A DNA stretch of 64,000 nucleotides, taken from assembly GCF_001194135.2 (NCBI RefSeq), contig NC_068995.1, forward strand, positions 34,772,570 through 34,836,569. Direction: 5' to 3'. The first letter of the stretch is position 1. Every line of letters starts with the position of its first letter. Source of the DNA: Octopus bimaculoides. Taxonomy: Eukaryota. Below the pieces are notes generated by a model that worked only from the letters and a program-made list of their open reading frames with translations, had not been told where the DNA came from and did no database searches. Positions 51,592-64,000 of the stretch are shown in pieces. The translations under genes and the position numbers were made by a program.

Positions 51592-52056
51592 TTATGCGTA
51601 GCTGGGCAGGGACGGGATGTTGCGCCTGTTTGGTATCTTAATGGTAGACTTGTGGTTACTCAGACGCTGCTTGAGCGGGCCGGCTGTAGACTCGGCATAT
51701 TCTCGTATCAGTGCTCTTGCGCTAGTGGTGTTACAGCTATCGTTAACGCTGCTGATGTTGCTGTTACAGCTAGGCCCGATGTTGGTGTTGTCATTGTTGT
51801 TGCTGCTATTGCTGGTGCTGCTGTTGTAACTATTGGTATTGTTGCGGTGGCTACCGCAGCTGCTGCACGGGCAGCTGGCGTGACCGCCGCCGCCGCTGCC
51901 GCTGCAATTGCTGTCGCTCTTGTTGTTATCGTCGGTTGTGTTGTTGGTGCCGTGGCTGTTGTCGATGCCACTATGGTCGCCAATGCTGGTCATCGCCTCA
52001 GCCTCATACAGTGTACTCCCGGAGTCGCATCGCCATCCCACCCCAACCCTAGACAT
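51592..52056 (-). CDS. Candidate low-complexity N/S/D/G-rich coding exon or ORF (154 aa)
   Basis: Stop-free frame with strong triplet periodicity (AAC/AGC/GAC) in a CpG-rich non-TE island, while the other two minus frames contain stops. Strand and coding status are uncertain. Confidence 0.3.
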   Translation of the reverse strand: MSRVGVGWRCDSGSTLYEAEAMTSIGDHSGIDNSHGTNNTTDDNNKSDSNCSGSGGGGHASCPCSSCGSHRNNTNSYNSSTSNSSNNNDNTNIGPSCNSNISSVNDSCNTTSARALIREYAESTAGPLKQRLSNHKSTIKIPNRRNIPSLPSYA

Positions 52057-52964
52057 TCATTATAGGGCCTGCATGAGCATCCTGTCTCTGCTCGTGGCTT
52101 AGGGATCCTCATTAATACGTTTTTAACACTGGGCATACATTTGAAAGGGATCCTCGAATTGCAGAGAGGTGCTCATATAATTGAAAAAATATATATAACA
52201 AAATCAATCTCATTTGAGCGATGGTGGTATTTACGTAAAAAGATAGAACAAAATAACACATAATTAAGAAGTTAGAAACCACTTTTGCCATATAGTGGAG
52301 GAAGTGTGACATCAGAAATAAAATAAGATCAACTGCAATAATATGAACATCTTGAAGGTTTCCTTACCTCTGGCATTGGCATTGTCGTTTATGATATTAT
52401 TGTTTATGACTTATATGTTTAAGCTTGAGTACCACAGAACCTGTCAACTTGTTTGGAGGAATGAAATGTATATCGTATACGCAAAGTATTCAGAGAAATT
52501 GAACAGGGATTAATTGGATTCCACTCGAAGAAGCGCCCACAAATGGTTGTTGCTGAACAGTATTCAACTGTATAAAAATTATAAAGAATTTTCTATATTG
52601 GTATTTGAATATAAACTCAGCAATTTTAAATTGTGGTGTGTGGTGCACGAACAATTTTATGATATCCTATTAAAACCTCTTATCCTCCATTCTCGTGTCA
52701 TATCATTTTGGTATTAATCTTATGTAAAGAGGAGTTTCGCATGTCTATCCAGCACTGTAATATACCCCACGGTTGGATATTATGTGGTAGTCAAATGATA
52801 TAAGAGCTCTTAAATGCACGCTACGCGGTTTTCACTCGCATTATACTTTATATACTTGCGTACATAGACATACACACACACATACACACACGCACTCAAA
52901 GACACACACACATACACGCACTCACAGACACACATACATACACACACCTACACACACACACACA

Positions 52965-53066
<102 letters not shown>

Positions 53067-54016
53067 AATATTTGTATGCTTATTCCTAAACGTCAATGCG
53101 TTAGAATCGTCTACAGAATTTATATATGTTACCATGATTTCCAATATTTACACCTTTCATATTTCTTCGTCTCACTTTGATATCGCTGACGCTATAAAAT
53201 CACCTGACATTTATGTTCCATCTAAAATATTCGAGAAGAAAGATCAATAAATCTCCAAACCAACATTTCTGAATCGTTTCCTTAAAACTAAAGGTCCGAC
53301 ACTGATAAGTGGTATTTCAGAATATCTGTTCATAAATACGTACACTCAAACACACGCTATGACAGATAGTGCATACACACACACGCGCACACACACACAT
53401 GCACGCACAAATACACATACACGCATGTACAAATATATGGCTGTTAACCGCTTCTCATGCTCTCCTTTTCTCTTCCTCCCAGACATTGTACATGTATATG
53501 TACGTGTATGAAAATATATATATATATTTACTTATATATATGTGTGTGTGTGTGCGTGCTTTCGGACGCATTCACGCACCGTGCTATAATAGCCAAGTTA
53601 TATTATAGGACTATATATTGTTATACAAAAGCAATAAACTTCAGTTACCATTGATGAGATTGTGGAAGAGCGAATGAACATCACTTATAAATCATAGAAT
53701 AAATAATCCGAAGCATCACAAATGTGACAATGTTTTGGAACACTCGGGTTTTTCATTTATTTATGTATACCCATATTATTTTTGTTTTATAGATGTTTTT
53801 CACTTTTTGTTAATGTATCAATACAATGCATTTAATTTGCCATATGAGTAATTCATAAGGCAACCTCTAAATGTGACCTGAGCAAAATGGCCAAGTCGAC
53901 GGCACATTGCTTATTAAAGAAATCGTCCTGCGATCGAAACTCGAATTAAACTTTTACCATACATTCAAAATAACATAAGCAAGTATTACAAATTTGTACT
54001 CAGAATAATGTGTGAA

Positions 54017-54109
54017 TATAAGGAATTACTTTTCGTAATGAGATAAAAGACGAAGGCGGTTTACACAGCCTTGGTCTTTTTTTCTCATTACGAAAAGTAA
54101 ATCCTTATA
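54017..54109. repeat. Near-perfect hairpin (about 40-bp stem, 10-nt loop) abutting (TA)n; MITE-like
   Basis: TATAAGGA-A-TTACTTTTCGTAATGAGATAAAAGACGAAGGC / GCCTTGGTCTTTTTTTCTCATTACGAAAAGTAA-A-TCCTTATA. Confidence 0.85.
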
Positions 54110-54130
54110 TATATATATATATATATATAT

Positions 54131-54310
54131 GGGAGAATTTACGAAGAAAACAACAACAGACGAGGACAGGTGGTGTAAACAACAAAAGGATGTATTAGTT
54201 AAACGCTCGGGAATAGAGAAAGTCTTTAACGTTTCGAGCTACGCTCTTCAACAGAAAGAATAAGGAGAAAAACAAGGAGAAAAAAATGAATGTCGTGGTC
54301 AGCGATCTAT
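54131..54310 (-). mobile_element. Penelope-associated terminal (pseudo-LTR-like) repeat carrying a hammerhead-like motif
   Basis: Homologous to 15366-15470 at the 3' end of the Penelope element (agacgaagacag...tattagt...ctacgctcttcaacagaaag). Confidence 0.6.
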
Positions 54311-54479
54311 CATGGCGTGTGCGTGTGTGTGTGTGTGTGTATGTGTGTGTGTGTGTATGTGTGTGTGTGTGTGTGTATGCATATATATGTATGTGTATAT
54401 ATACATATATATATATATGTATTTTTACTTTTATCTTATTTGATTTGTGTGTTTTTGTGGATGTAGTTAAATGGGTAGA

Positions 54480-57400
54480 TGGAGCTCCAAGGTTTAATAT
54501 AACCATGGTGAAGGCAATCTGTCTAGGAGAAGGTAACTCCGAATTCATATCTTTCACTGATGTCTTGCAGTTGGCTTGTGGTTGGACAAAGACTGGGAGA
54601 AGGACACTGATATAAAAGCACTGGAGAGGTTCAACTCTGGGATAATAAAACATGCAACCTCCACAATCACCCGGTCATCTTGCCTTGGCTTATCGCTGGA
54701 TATCAGATTTGGGGGAGGACTGGGTGCTATACGTGGCTTTGATATCTAAATGCACAGATATCTCTCCAAGTCCCAAGGCGATGGAATAGTGGTGACATGT
54801 GCAGGCTTAACGAGGTGGGAGCGCATAGTCACGAATCTGCACGTGGGCGGTTCAGGGGCCATCTAACGTCGCTGCATTGTTAAAAGAACAGCAGCATGCT
54901 TCAGCAAGGTCGAGATCACCTGATCAGCCTTCTCTATAGAGCGATCCTGGTCACCCAGAATTCTGGGAATGGTCTAGAAAAGGTAATCCAAACAAATGCC
55001 TTTCCTACCATCAAGCTGGTCAGCAGCCTGCAGCTGACGGCTGTTCACTACAGCAGGAGGAATACAAAGAGAAAATATGCAAGCAAGAAATATAGATTAT
55101 GGGTAGGTATATGGAATGTCAGGACACTTCTTGCTCATGAAGGGTCTAGTAACTCTGAACGGCGAAGCGGTAAAATAGCCAAGGAGTTGGCTTGGTAAAA
55201 CATTGACATTGCTGCAGTCTCTGAAACTCGGAGTGATGAAGATCATTTGACAGAAACAGGTGCTGGATGGACTTTCTTTTGGAAGGGTAAACCAAAGGGT
55301 GAAAAACAAGTAGGGGTTTGGCTTTGCCATTCGTACCGAGTTAACCCACAAAATGGAACAACCTAATGGTTTCAGTGATAGGGTTATGTATCTTCGAGCT
55401 CCTGTATCATGCAATCGTTTTATGACTGTTATTTCAGTTTATGCTCCTACTCTTGATAGCAGCAGTGAATCTATTATGGCTTTCTATGAAGATCTCAGAT
55501 CGGTTATGATTTCGATTTCAAATTCAGATAGGATCCTCCGTCTTGGCGATTTCAATACCCGTGTCGGGTGCAATTATGAAACATGGGATGCATTAGGGGG
55601 ACATGGTTTGGGACAAATGAACGCTAATGGTCTCCGTCTTGTTCCGTTCTGCACTGAACTTGATCTTGACATCTGCAACACTGTCTTTAATCAGAAGGAT
55701 ACCCATATAGCTACCTGGATGCACCCACAATCCAAACATGGCCATATTCTTGATTACCTTATCACCAGGAAACGAAACGTTCCAGATGTTTTCACTGTCC
55801 GAATCAGGTGAGGTGCAGAACGTGGGACTGACTCTATGCTCATACGCCGTAAATTGAAACATCATGCGTAGAAGATCTGGAGGAAGAAAAGTCCCTAAAC
55901 ATATTGATGTGTTGAAATTAAGGGACTCTAAGGTGCAGGCGAATCTTCGAAATGCTATTGGATGAGCGGAATTTGATGTCACGTGGGCTCAGTTTAAGAC
56001 CACTACTTACAATGTTGAAGTTGCGGATCTTGGTCTCAGAAACAGAAAACATCAGGACTGGTTTGATGAAAACGATCAACAGACCAATGAACTTCTTGAG
56101 GATAAAAATAAGTTGCACCAAAAAATAACTCGGTGCCCCAGATGAGGAGAAAAAGCCCTTACTGCAGTCTCTCAAAAGGATAAAATCATCACTCCAATGA
56201 AAGATAAGACAAATGAAAAACAAATGGTAGTCGGATATTTCTGAAAAAATCTAAAATGCGTTTAACAGTAAAGACCTGAAAACAGTATATCACTTGATCG
56301 GAAAAGTGTTTGGTCCTCGGTTTTCAGTTGTGGTACAACTCACGTCTAAAGACAGCTGCTTTCTCTTCAAGGATCAGGAAGGTATTATGAAGCTTTGGAC
56401 TGAGCACTTCACTGATCTCTTTTATAATCCTTCGTTTAATGATGAAAATGTCATCAGAAATCTGCCCTAAAAGAATATCATTCCTGAGATGATGGAACAT
56501 CCAACTATAGATGCGATAAAAAAGGCAATCAAAGGATTAAATACTGGGAAGGCACCAGGTCTTTACGGTATTCCTGTTGAAATTCTCCTCCACGGAGAGC
56601 TTGCTGTAGAGATCCACCATCTAATATCAGACATCTGAGTGGGTGCTCCTGTTCCACAGGACTGGGTTGATGCCATTTACTTTCATTGTCGAAAGGAAAA
56701 GGATCCAAATTCGAGTGTGGCAATTACAGAGGTATAAGCCTGCTTGAAATAGTCGGTAAAATGTTTGCAAAACTTTTATTTAATCGGCTAGCAATGTGGA
56801 TATGCCCCTCTGTCATCCTTGAGAGTCAGTTTGGTTTTAGATCAAGTCGTTGCACAGTGGTCATGATTTCTTCTGCTCGTCAACTCCAGGAGAAATGCAT
56901 CGAACATCATATGGTCAAATTTCCAGGTATTTGTCGATTTAACGAAAGCCTTTGAGATTGTTAATAGGACCGTTCTCTGGACCACTCTTGGTAAACTTGG
57001 ATGTCCACCTCAATTTGTCAACTTGTTTAAGCAACTTCATAGTGATATAAAATATTGTCTTAACTTCAATGTGTCACTATCGGAACCAATTTCTATCGAT
57101 AACGAAGTTAAAGGTGATATTGCTGCTCCAACACTCTTTTCCACATATTTTGCTGTAATTATCTTGCACGCTTTCCAAGACTGTGATATTGGCGTCTATA
57201 TTTGCTTCGGAACCTCAGGTAAAATCTTTGATTCTAGACGTTTTAATGCAAAGTCGAAGACATACCTGGCCCTTGTTGGAGAGCTCCGTTATGCTGATGA
57301 TGTAGTTCTCGTTGCTCACACCGAGGAGGACATGCAGGCTATATTGGATCTATTCTCTAGAGCTTGTATTGCTTTGGAATTACCATCAGTCTAAAGAAAA

Positions 57401-58256
57401 CAAAGATCATATTCTCTCAACCACCAGGCCAATACTATGTGGAACCTAACATCTTCGTCCAGGATACAAGATTAGATGTGGTTGACTCGTTCATCTACCT
57501 TGACAGCACTCTCTCTAGAGATGGATGCCTTGATTCTGAAATAAACCTGAAAATTGAGAAAAGCCAGTAAAACATTTGGAAGTTTTGAAAGTCGTGTGTG
57601 GTCTGATAGAGGTATCACCTACAAAACCAATCTTATTATCTATGAATCTTGCATTTTAACGGTACACCTGTACTCTTCTGAGACCTGAACGATATATGGG
57701 CACCACATCAAGGCTTTAGAAAGATTCTATCAGACTTGCCTGAGGAGGAAACTAGACATCAAATGGAATTCATTAACACCAGACACCGTTGTTCTTCAGC
57801 AAGCTAGCACATCCAGTATTGAATTGATCCTCATACGCAATCAGATGCGTTGGGTTGGGCACCTTGCTAAGATGCAGGATGACAGGTTTCCAAAGCAGTT
57901 GTTTTACGGGGAGTTGCAGCGTGGCAAACGTCCGACACATACACCTAAGATATGTTTTAAGGAAGCTGTTAAAAGCAACCTTAAAGCTCTTAACGTGAAA
58001 GTTGAAGACTGGGAGCAGATGATGCAAGATCAATCGGTTTGGAGACAAGTGATCTACAATAGATATAAAGCATTTGAAGCTCGACGAATTTAACAATCTG
58101 TCTTGAGACGAGCACTTCGTAGACAGGACTTAAATACGATCCCAGAAACATTTCTGCTTACACATATTTGTAAGATCTGCAGCAGAGTTTGTTAAGAGCA
58201 GGATTTGCTAGTCATAAAGATCTCATGACCGTATTTATTAATTGAAGAGTTGGCCT
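54480..58256 (+). mobile_element. Near full-length RTE-clade LINE, inactivated
   Basis: 5' motif gtctaggagaaggtaactccgaattc; APE (GIWNVRTL, ISVYAPT, LGDFNTRVG, TWMHPQSKH.HILDY); RT (NYRGISLLEIVGK, ESQFGFR, LRYADD); 3' LFYGELQRGKR and CKICSR...SH zinc finger. Many stops and frameshifts. Confidence 0.95.
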
Positions 58257-58281
58257 TTTTCTCTAAACAAATGGTAATCAT

Positions 58282-58320
<39 letters not shown>

Positions 58321-59098
58321 NNNNNNNNNNNNNNNNNNNNNNNNNNNNNNNNNNNNNNNNNNNNNNNNNNNNNNNNNNNNNNNNNNNNNNNNNNNNNNNN
58401 NNNNNNNNNNNNNNNNNNNNNNNNNNNNNNNNNNNNNNNNNNNNNNNNNNNNNNNNNNNNNNNNNNNNNNNNNNNNNNNNNNNNNNNNNNNNNNNNNNNN
58501 NNNNNNNNNNNNNNNNNNNNNNNNNNNNNNNNNNNNNNNNNNNNNNNNNNNNNNNNNNNNNNNNNNNNNNNNNNNNNNNNNNNNNNNNNNNNNNNNNNNN
58601 NNNNNNAGAGAGAGAGAGAGAGAGAGAGAGAATAATAATAGCGATTAATTCATCCTTTAAATAGTTTTTCGGAATGTAAAGAGCATTCGTTTCTGAAAAA
58701 TTACTGAATGTCTCTTTCAAAAGTGCCTCTTTCAAGAGTAGCTCCTGAAGGTATATTGAAAGTAAACGATAGTTATTAAAAGTGAAGCAAAACTGTCAAG
58801 GAAAGAGGAAATCCGGTTAATCAATTTAGTGCAAGAAAATTAGTATCAACTAAAGAGAGAATTATAATAACCACAAAAACGAATAATTAAACAGACACCT
58901 GCATCAGACCAGATGTGCATATTACACTATGTTGTATACAGGAGGACTCATATATATGTATTAGTCCCCTCTATACATTATAGTGTCATATACACATCTG
59001 GTCATTAAAGATAATGTGTGCACGTGCGTACGTGAACGTGTGTGTGTGTGTGTGTTTATGTGTGTGTGTGTGTGTGCGTGCGTGGACGCTTTACTCAC

Positions 59099-59174
59099 CT
59101 TCGAACGACCTGACCATTCCCGACACTTGTGAACTCCTTAGGAGTGTTACTGTTAGCACGAAATCCAGTTCAAC
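59099..59174 (-). CDS. Candidate small exon (alternative acceptor at 59149)
   Basis: Strong donor GAAG|GTGAGT. A short complex island between microsatellites, with weak acceptors. Confidence 0.2.
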
Positions 59175-59182
59175 CTATTGCA

Positions 59183-59227
<45 letters not shown>

Positions 59228-59389
59228 GCCTATATACACCTACATACATATATATATATATATACACACAAACATATACGTTATACATATATGAATATGT
59301 ATATATGTATGCATGTATGTATGTATGTATGTATGTATATATATATATATGTGTGTGTATATATATATATACATCCCCATATACATCTA

Positions 59390-59471
<82 letters not shown>

Positions 59472-59849
59472 CATACATACATACATACATAAAATACCGA
59501 GTAAAAGCTAAAAATGCGTCAAATCTGTTTTATATACATTAAAGTTTAACTTTTAAAAGGAAGAAATAGTTTTATTCTATGTATTGTATGTAAATAAAAT
59601 TCTAAGAATCCATTTTCACGGAATAAATGTTTCCGTACTGTAATTTAACTGAAAATATATTGATGTTCATTTTCATAAGTTAAGTTTGACATATGAAACA
59701 CAAGTGAACAGGCGAAAAGGAAGATAAGGAAATTATGTTATTTCGAATCTTTTGTATAGAAAAGAAAAAAAGTTTTACTGTATATATTTTATATGCGCTG
59801 CAGCTAAAAGAAGGTTTATAATAGAAGAAAAGAATCATATTTAAGTGAC

Positions 59850-59943
59850 CAGGACTCCGTTTACGCTGAACCTCAGCTTTAGAATATTTTGGCTGATTTT
59901 TCCATGTTTAAACCATGTGGATTACTGAGCAAGTAGGGCTGTC

Positions 59944-59988
<45 letters not shown>

Positions 59989-60218
59989 CCTGCGTTTGTC
60001 TCTCTGAGTATCTGTCTGTTCTCGCACTGCTTAACAACCGGTTTAGGACTACTTACGTCCTCATATTGTAGAGGTTCGGTAAAAAGAGACCGAGATGATA
60101 AATGCCAGAACTGACCTTAAAAAATAAGTAAAGGGGTCGATTTATTGTCTAAATCAATTTGCAGGCAATGTCACAACATGGCTGCAGTCCAATGAGTGGA
60201 ATAGTTAAAAGGTAAAAG
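59850..60218 (+). mobile_element. SINE family A, old degraded copy
   Basis: (TG)n + gcttaacaaccgg...ttacgtcc...ggttcggtaaaaagagaccga...ggggtcgattt...aacatggctgcagtccaatga. Confidence 0.6.
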
Positions 60219-61499
60219 TTAATCAACTTGGTGAAATGATGGAGATGCATTCCAGTTCTGTACCTTTCATTCTCAATTACTAATATAGTGAAAAAATAAC
60301 GATACCTTTGTTACTTGTAACAATATTATTAATGGAAGTAATAATTGCTGACATGTAAATAGTATTATATACTTTCTAGGCCAGAAAATGAGCAAAACGA
60401 CTTGACCTCTATTACTATTCAAACTGATGAAAAATTTAATAAGTTCTAACAGAAGAATCTATAGACCGTGTGGTTTTAATAGAAACCGTCTTCGAAAAGG
60501 TAGTTTATAGGTGTTATATCTTGACTCATAATGGAAATAAACTCGAACTTTTTCCAAATTAGTTATTTAACATGTAAACGAATTATAAGTTAAAACATTC
60601 CATTTCATCAACAACACTATGGAGTTTGAAATCGAAAGTTATGAAGGTTAAATTCGAATGTACTATTATTAATACAGGAAAATATTATGGAATTGATACA
60701 CATGACAGAAGGCTGTATGCGAGCGTGGCCCTTGAGATGTTGTTAGCAGATAATTTAGTAAACAAAAAGAACAAAGTGTTAATTCATTGTATCATTACGA
60801 CGCCAATATCTTTTAGATATTATATAACTAGGGGTTACTATATAAAGAAGTACAAAGTAATCCATTCTACAAGGCAATTCTCATTTTAAATTACATTAGT
60901 ATTACACTAGTGAATAACATCTTCAATATTGGTTCCACAATACATTACTTCGAATAGGTTAACATTACATAAAAGTGACGCATTATATTTCATTTATTCC
61001 TCATGTCCCTGAAACACACACAACGATAAAAAAAGATGTTGGTGCGTATGCATGAATATTTTTAATTACGAATATTGTTCATCATCAATTATAATATCTA
61101 ACCTCATTTTGTTAATATGTAGCTATATCTATGTATTTCTATGGACCGCATCAGGACAAATAACCCCTAGGACAATCACCCGCCAAAGGAAATTCTCCCC
61201 AACAACTACCCTCTAGGAACATAACCCCCCTTGGTTAGTTAACCCTTCTCCAATATATTAAGAAGTTTTAAATCATCGTTTGTTGTCCTCAGGGGTAATT
61301 GTCCTAGACTCCTCTGGACAAGCTCAACGATGTATATTTACATGAATGAGAGCATATTTGTAGTTGAATTCCTGTTTATGTGTGCATATATGTATATAAA
61401 CACATGCATATATGTGTGTGACTGGGTATAAATGCAAGTGTAAATGTTTGTGCGATTTTGTATGTACAAATTTCTGCATATGTGCATGTATTTGTATAT

Positions 61500-61800
<301 letters not shown>

Positions 61801-61849
61801 CTTGGTAAATAGTAAGGGATTACTATACACACACAAATATATAACTTAC

Positions 61850-61919
61850 AATAGTACAAGTTTACTGTCGACTTCCGGTAACGTATGCACAATGTTATAC
61901 AATAACCGGCCAGAGTCAT
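61850..61919 (-). CDS. Candidate 70-nt exon ([22 protein letters not shown])
   Basis: Donor ATT|GTAAGT and acceptor GCTGCAG| with a poor pyrimidine tract. Protein-like open frame. Confidence 0.2.
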
Positions 61920-61940
61920 CTGCAGCATAGTTGTACATAT

Positions 61941-62370
61941 GTGCACCAACGAATTTCTTTTTCATAACTTTCAGAAAAATAGATAATGTTTAATGAAACT
62001 TTCTATAAATATGCTTCACATGGTGTAGATTCTGATAGTTTGTTTTGAAATAATTTTTCAAACAAAAGAAGAAATGTGGTGTGTGAATCTATGTATTTTT
62101 GCCGTCCATTAATTTTTTATTCCCCTGTAAAATTCCGATATAATAGTAATCCTCGCATTCTCAAAGGCACTTGTCGAAATCTACATTCAACAATTCCTAC
62201 TTTGCCGGAAGTTATAAGAAAACAAACCTGAGTTGTATGAAGTTTCCGAAAGTCTTCTCTCCACCTAAACGTGATCAGAATCTACATCATCTGAAGCATA
62301 TTTGTAGAAAATTTCATTAAACATTATCCATTTTTCTGGAGGTCATGAAGGCACAAATTTGGTGGAGCGC
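61941..62370. mobile_element. MITE-like element with imperfect terminal inverted repeats of about 95 bp
   Basis: cagaaaaatagataatgtttaatgaaactttctataaatatgcttca..tggtgtagattctgat (61971-62036) is mirrored at 62273-62340. Confidence 0.75.
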
Positions 62371-63969
62371 AATTGTGTATGTAAGCCCCTTGCTTTAGCA
62401 TAAATAATACTAAGATTACATTGCTATTATATACCAATGTATTACCTTGCTGAGTAGCGCTTTTTATATGCAACAACATTCAATTATATAACTGTGTGTT
62501 ATATATGAACAAAGAATAATCTTCTTTTGTTCAGTTTGCATCAAAAGCGTGACAATAATGTGAATGGAATGGGCTCAAAGGATGATATTGTATTTTGTGA
62601 CGAACACTAACTGTATTAAAAAGTATCCTATTGATATGCATCCTTGCTTCATAAATGCAAGTTCTTTTTACCAGATTTGCATTTCATCTTGTAACTCTCC
62701 TTTACTTTTTGGAGCTTAATTCATGTTGTATGACTTGCCAGAATTACTCCCACATGCATAGTATATGTATACTTACGCACATACACTATAGGAATATATG
62801 ATACAATGATATCAGACCTATTTAAAACATGATGTCTTAAAGATAGCGTGTTCGTACACATTATACAACAGCATGGTATGTCAAATAATATCGGTTTGGC
62901 TTATGCCGTTTCATTTTACAGTACATTATTTCATATTCTATGATATATTTAATGATGTTAAACATGTTGTTTTTCGAACAGCCAATCATATGCTTTTATT
63001 AAAAGTACCCTGAATCAAATTCCAAATGTATGGTTTCTTTAGTAAGTTTTGGCATAATTTAGGGCTCAACTCATATCTGAAGTCCAGCGACCCTTCCGTT
63101 GGGTAAGAGCGTTAAGCTGACGCCACGTTAAAGATATCAATTAAAATCAAATAAAAGAATTGATAATATGAAATAGGGTTATGATAAATTTAATTACAAA
63201 GATGGAATACGATTGAATAAAATATGATTGCGTGTACATATATAGATAGAAACACGCAAACTTTTGGCGAAATTCCTTACAAAATATGAAATATAGAATA
63301 TAAATTGAAAAATTCCAGAGAAATTAAATTGAAAAAATTGAATAATATTTATTAAAATACGAATGTATGCTCGCATATTGAAGGGAGCAGATAAATAGTT
63401 AACGAATTTCCTTAAATAGAATATAAGATGTAAAATTGATAGATATTATCAAAATAAACCGACACTCACCCACAGAAATTATTATTGTAAAATATAGGGC
63501 TACAAATATACTTTTCAGTGCATCCATCCATATACACTTGCATGTGTACGCACACATAAATAAGTCCATACATACACACGCACGCGCTGCTAAAAATGTA
63601 CACACTCACGCATGTACATGGCACGCATACATACACAAACGTGCGTTCTTCTACTTCGAAAGATCTCCACATAGAACGAGCCTCTAATGGATAAGGAGTA
63701 TATAAGCCATGCTAAACCCCAAAAGTCGAAGCAGGTTACATTAATAACTGTACACATAATCCAGTGATGACGTCAACTTGTATGTAACAAAATGAAACGT
63801 AAATATATATATAATAAAACTAAAATATTATTCAGGCAAAAGAAGAGGGGAACATACATCAAATTGTATTTGAGTTACAGCAGAATTGTTAACTTGATAA
63901 TTAAAGTGATTGCATGAAGGAATGCAAGACGGAAAATAACGATAAAATCGAAAAATAGATAACAGAAAC

Positions 63970-64000
<31 letters not shown>

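Overview
Eukaryotic (metazoan) draft-assembly sequence: AT-rich, with 16 N-gaps and very dense (TA)n/(CA)n/(GA)n/(TACA)n/(TATC)n/(TAA)n microsatellites. The repeat families look like those of octopus or another cephalopod (inferred from memory, not searched). Nearly all recognisable coding signal comes from degraded transposable elements. These include three tRNA-derived SINE families (called A, B and C here), Penelope-like elements (RT and GIY-YIG), CR1-, RTE-, R4/Dong- and CRE-clade LINEs, and two divergent L1/Tx1-like ORF1 relics. There are also mariner DD34D, Tc1/mariner DD41D, pogo/Tigger and hAT relics, several fold-back or MITE structures, and possibly a piggyBac relic. No host gene could be named. 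The only non-TE candidates are a CpG-rich island at about 51.1-52.1 kb with in-register antisense ORFs and a few weak minus-strand exon candidates. There are no CRISPR arrays, rRNA or true tRNA genes, and I found no convincing new biological system. The best leads are a minimal hammerhead-ribozyme-like motif with a shared CUGUUGA core variant in Penelope termini, retroelements stacked inside (TAA)n tracts, a SINE/CR1 shared 3' tail, and the CpG island. All alignments and identities were judged by eye.
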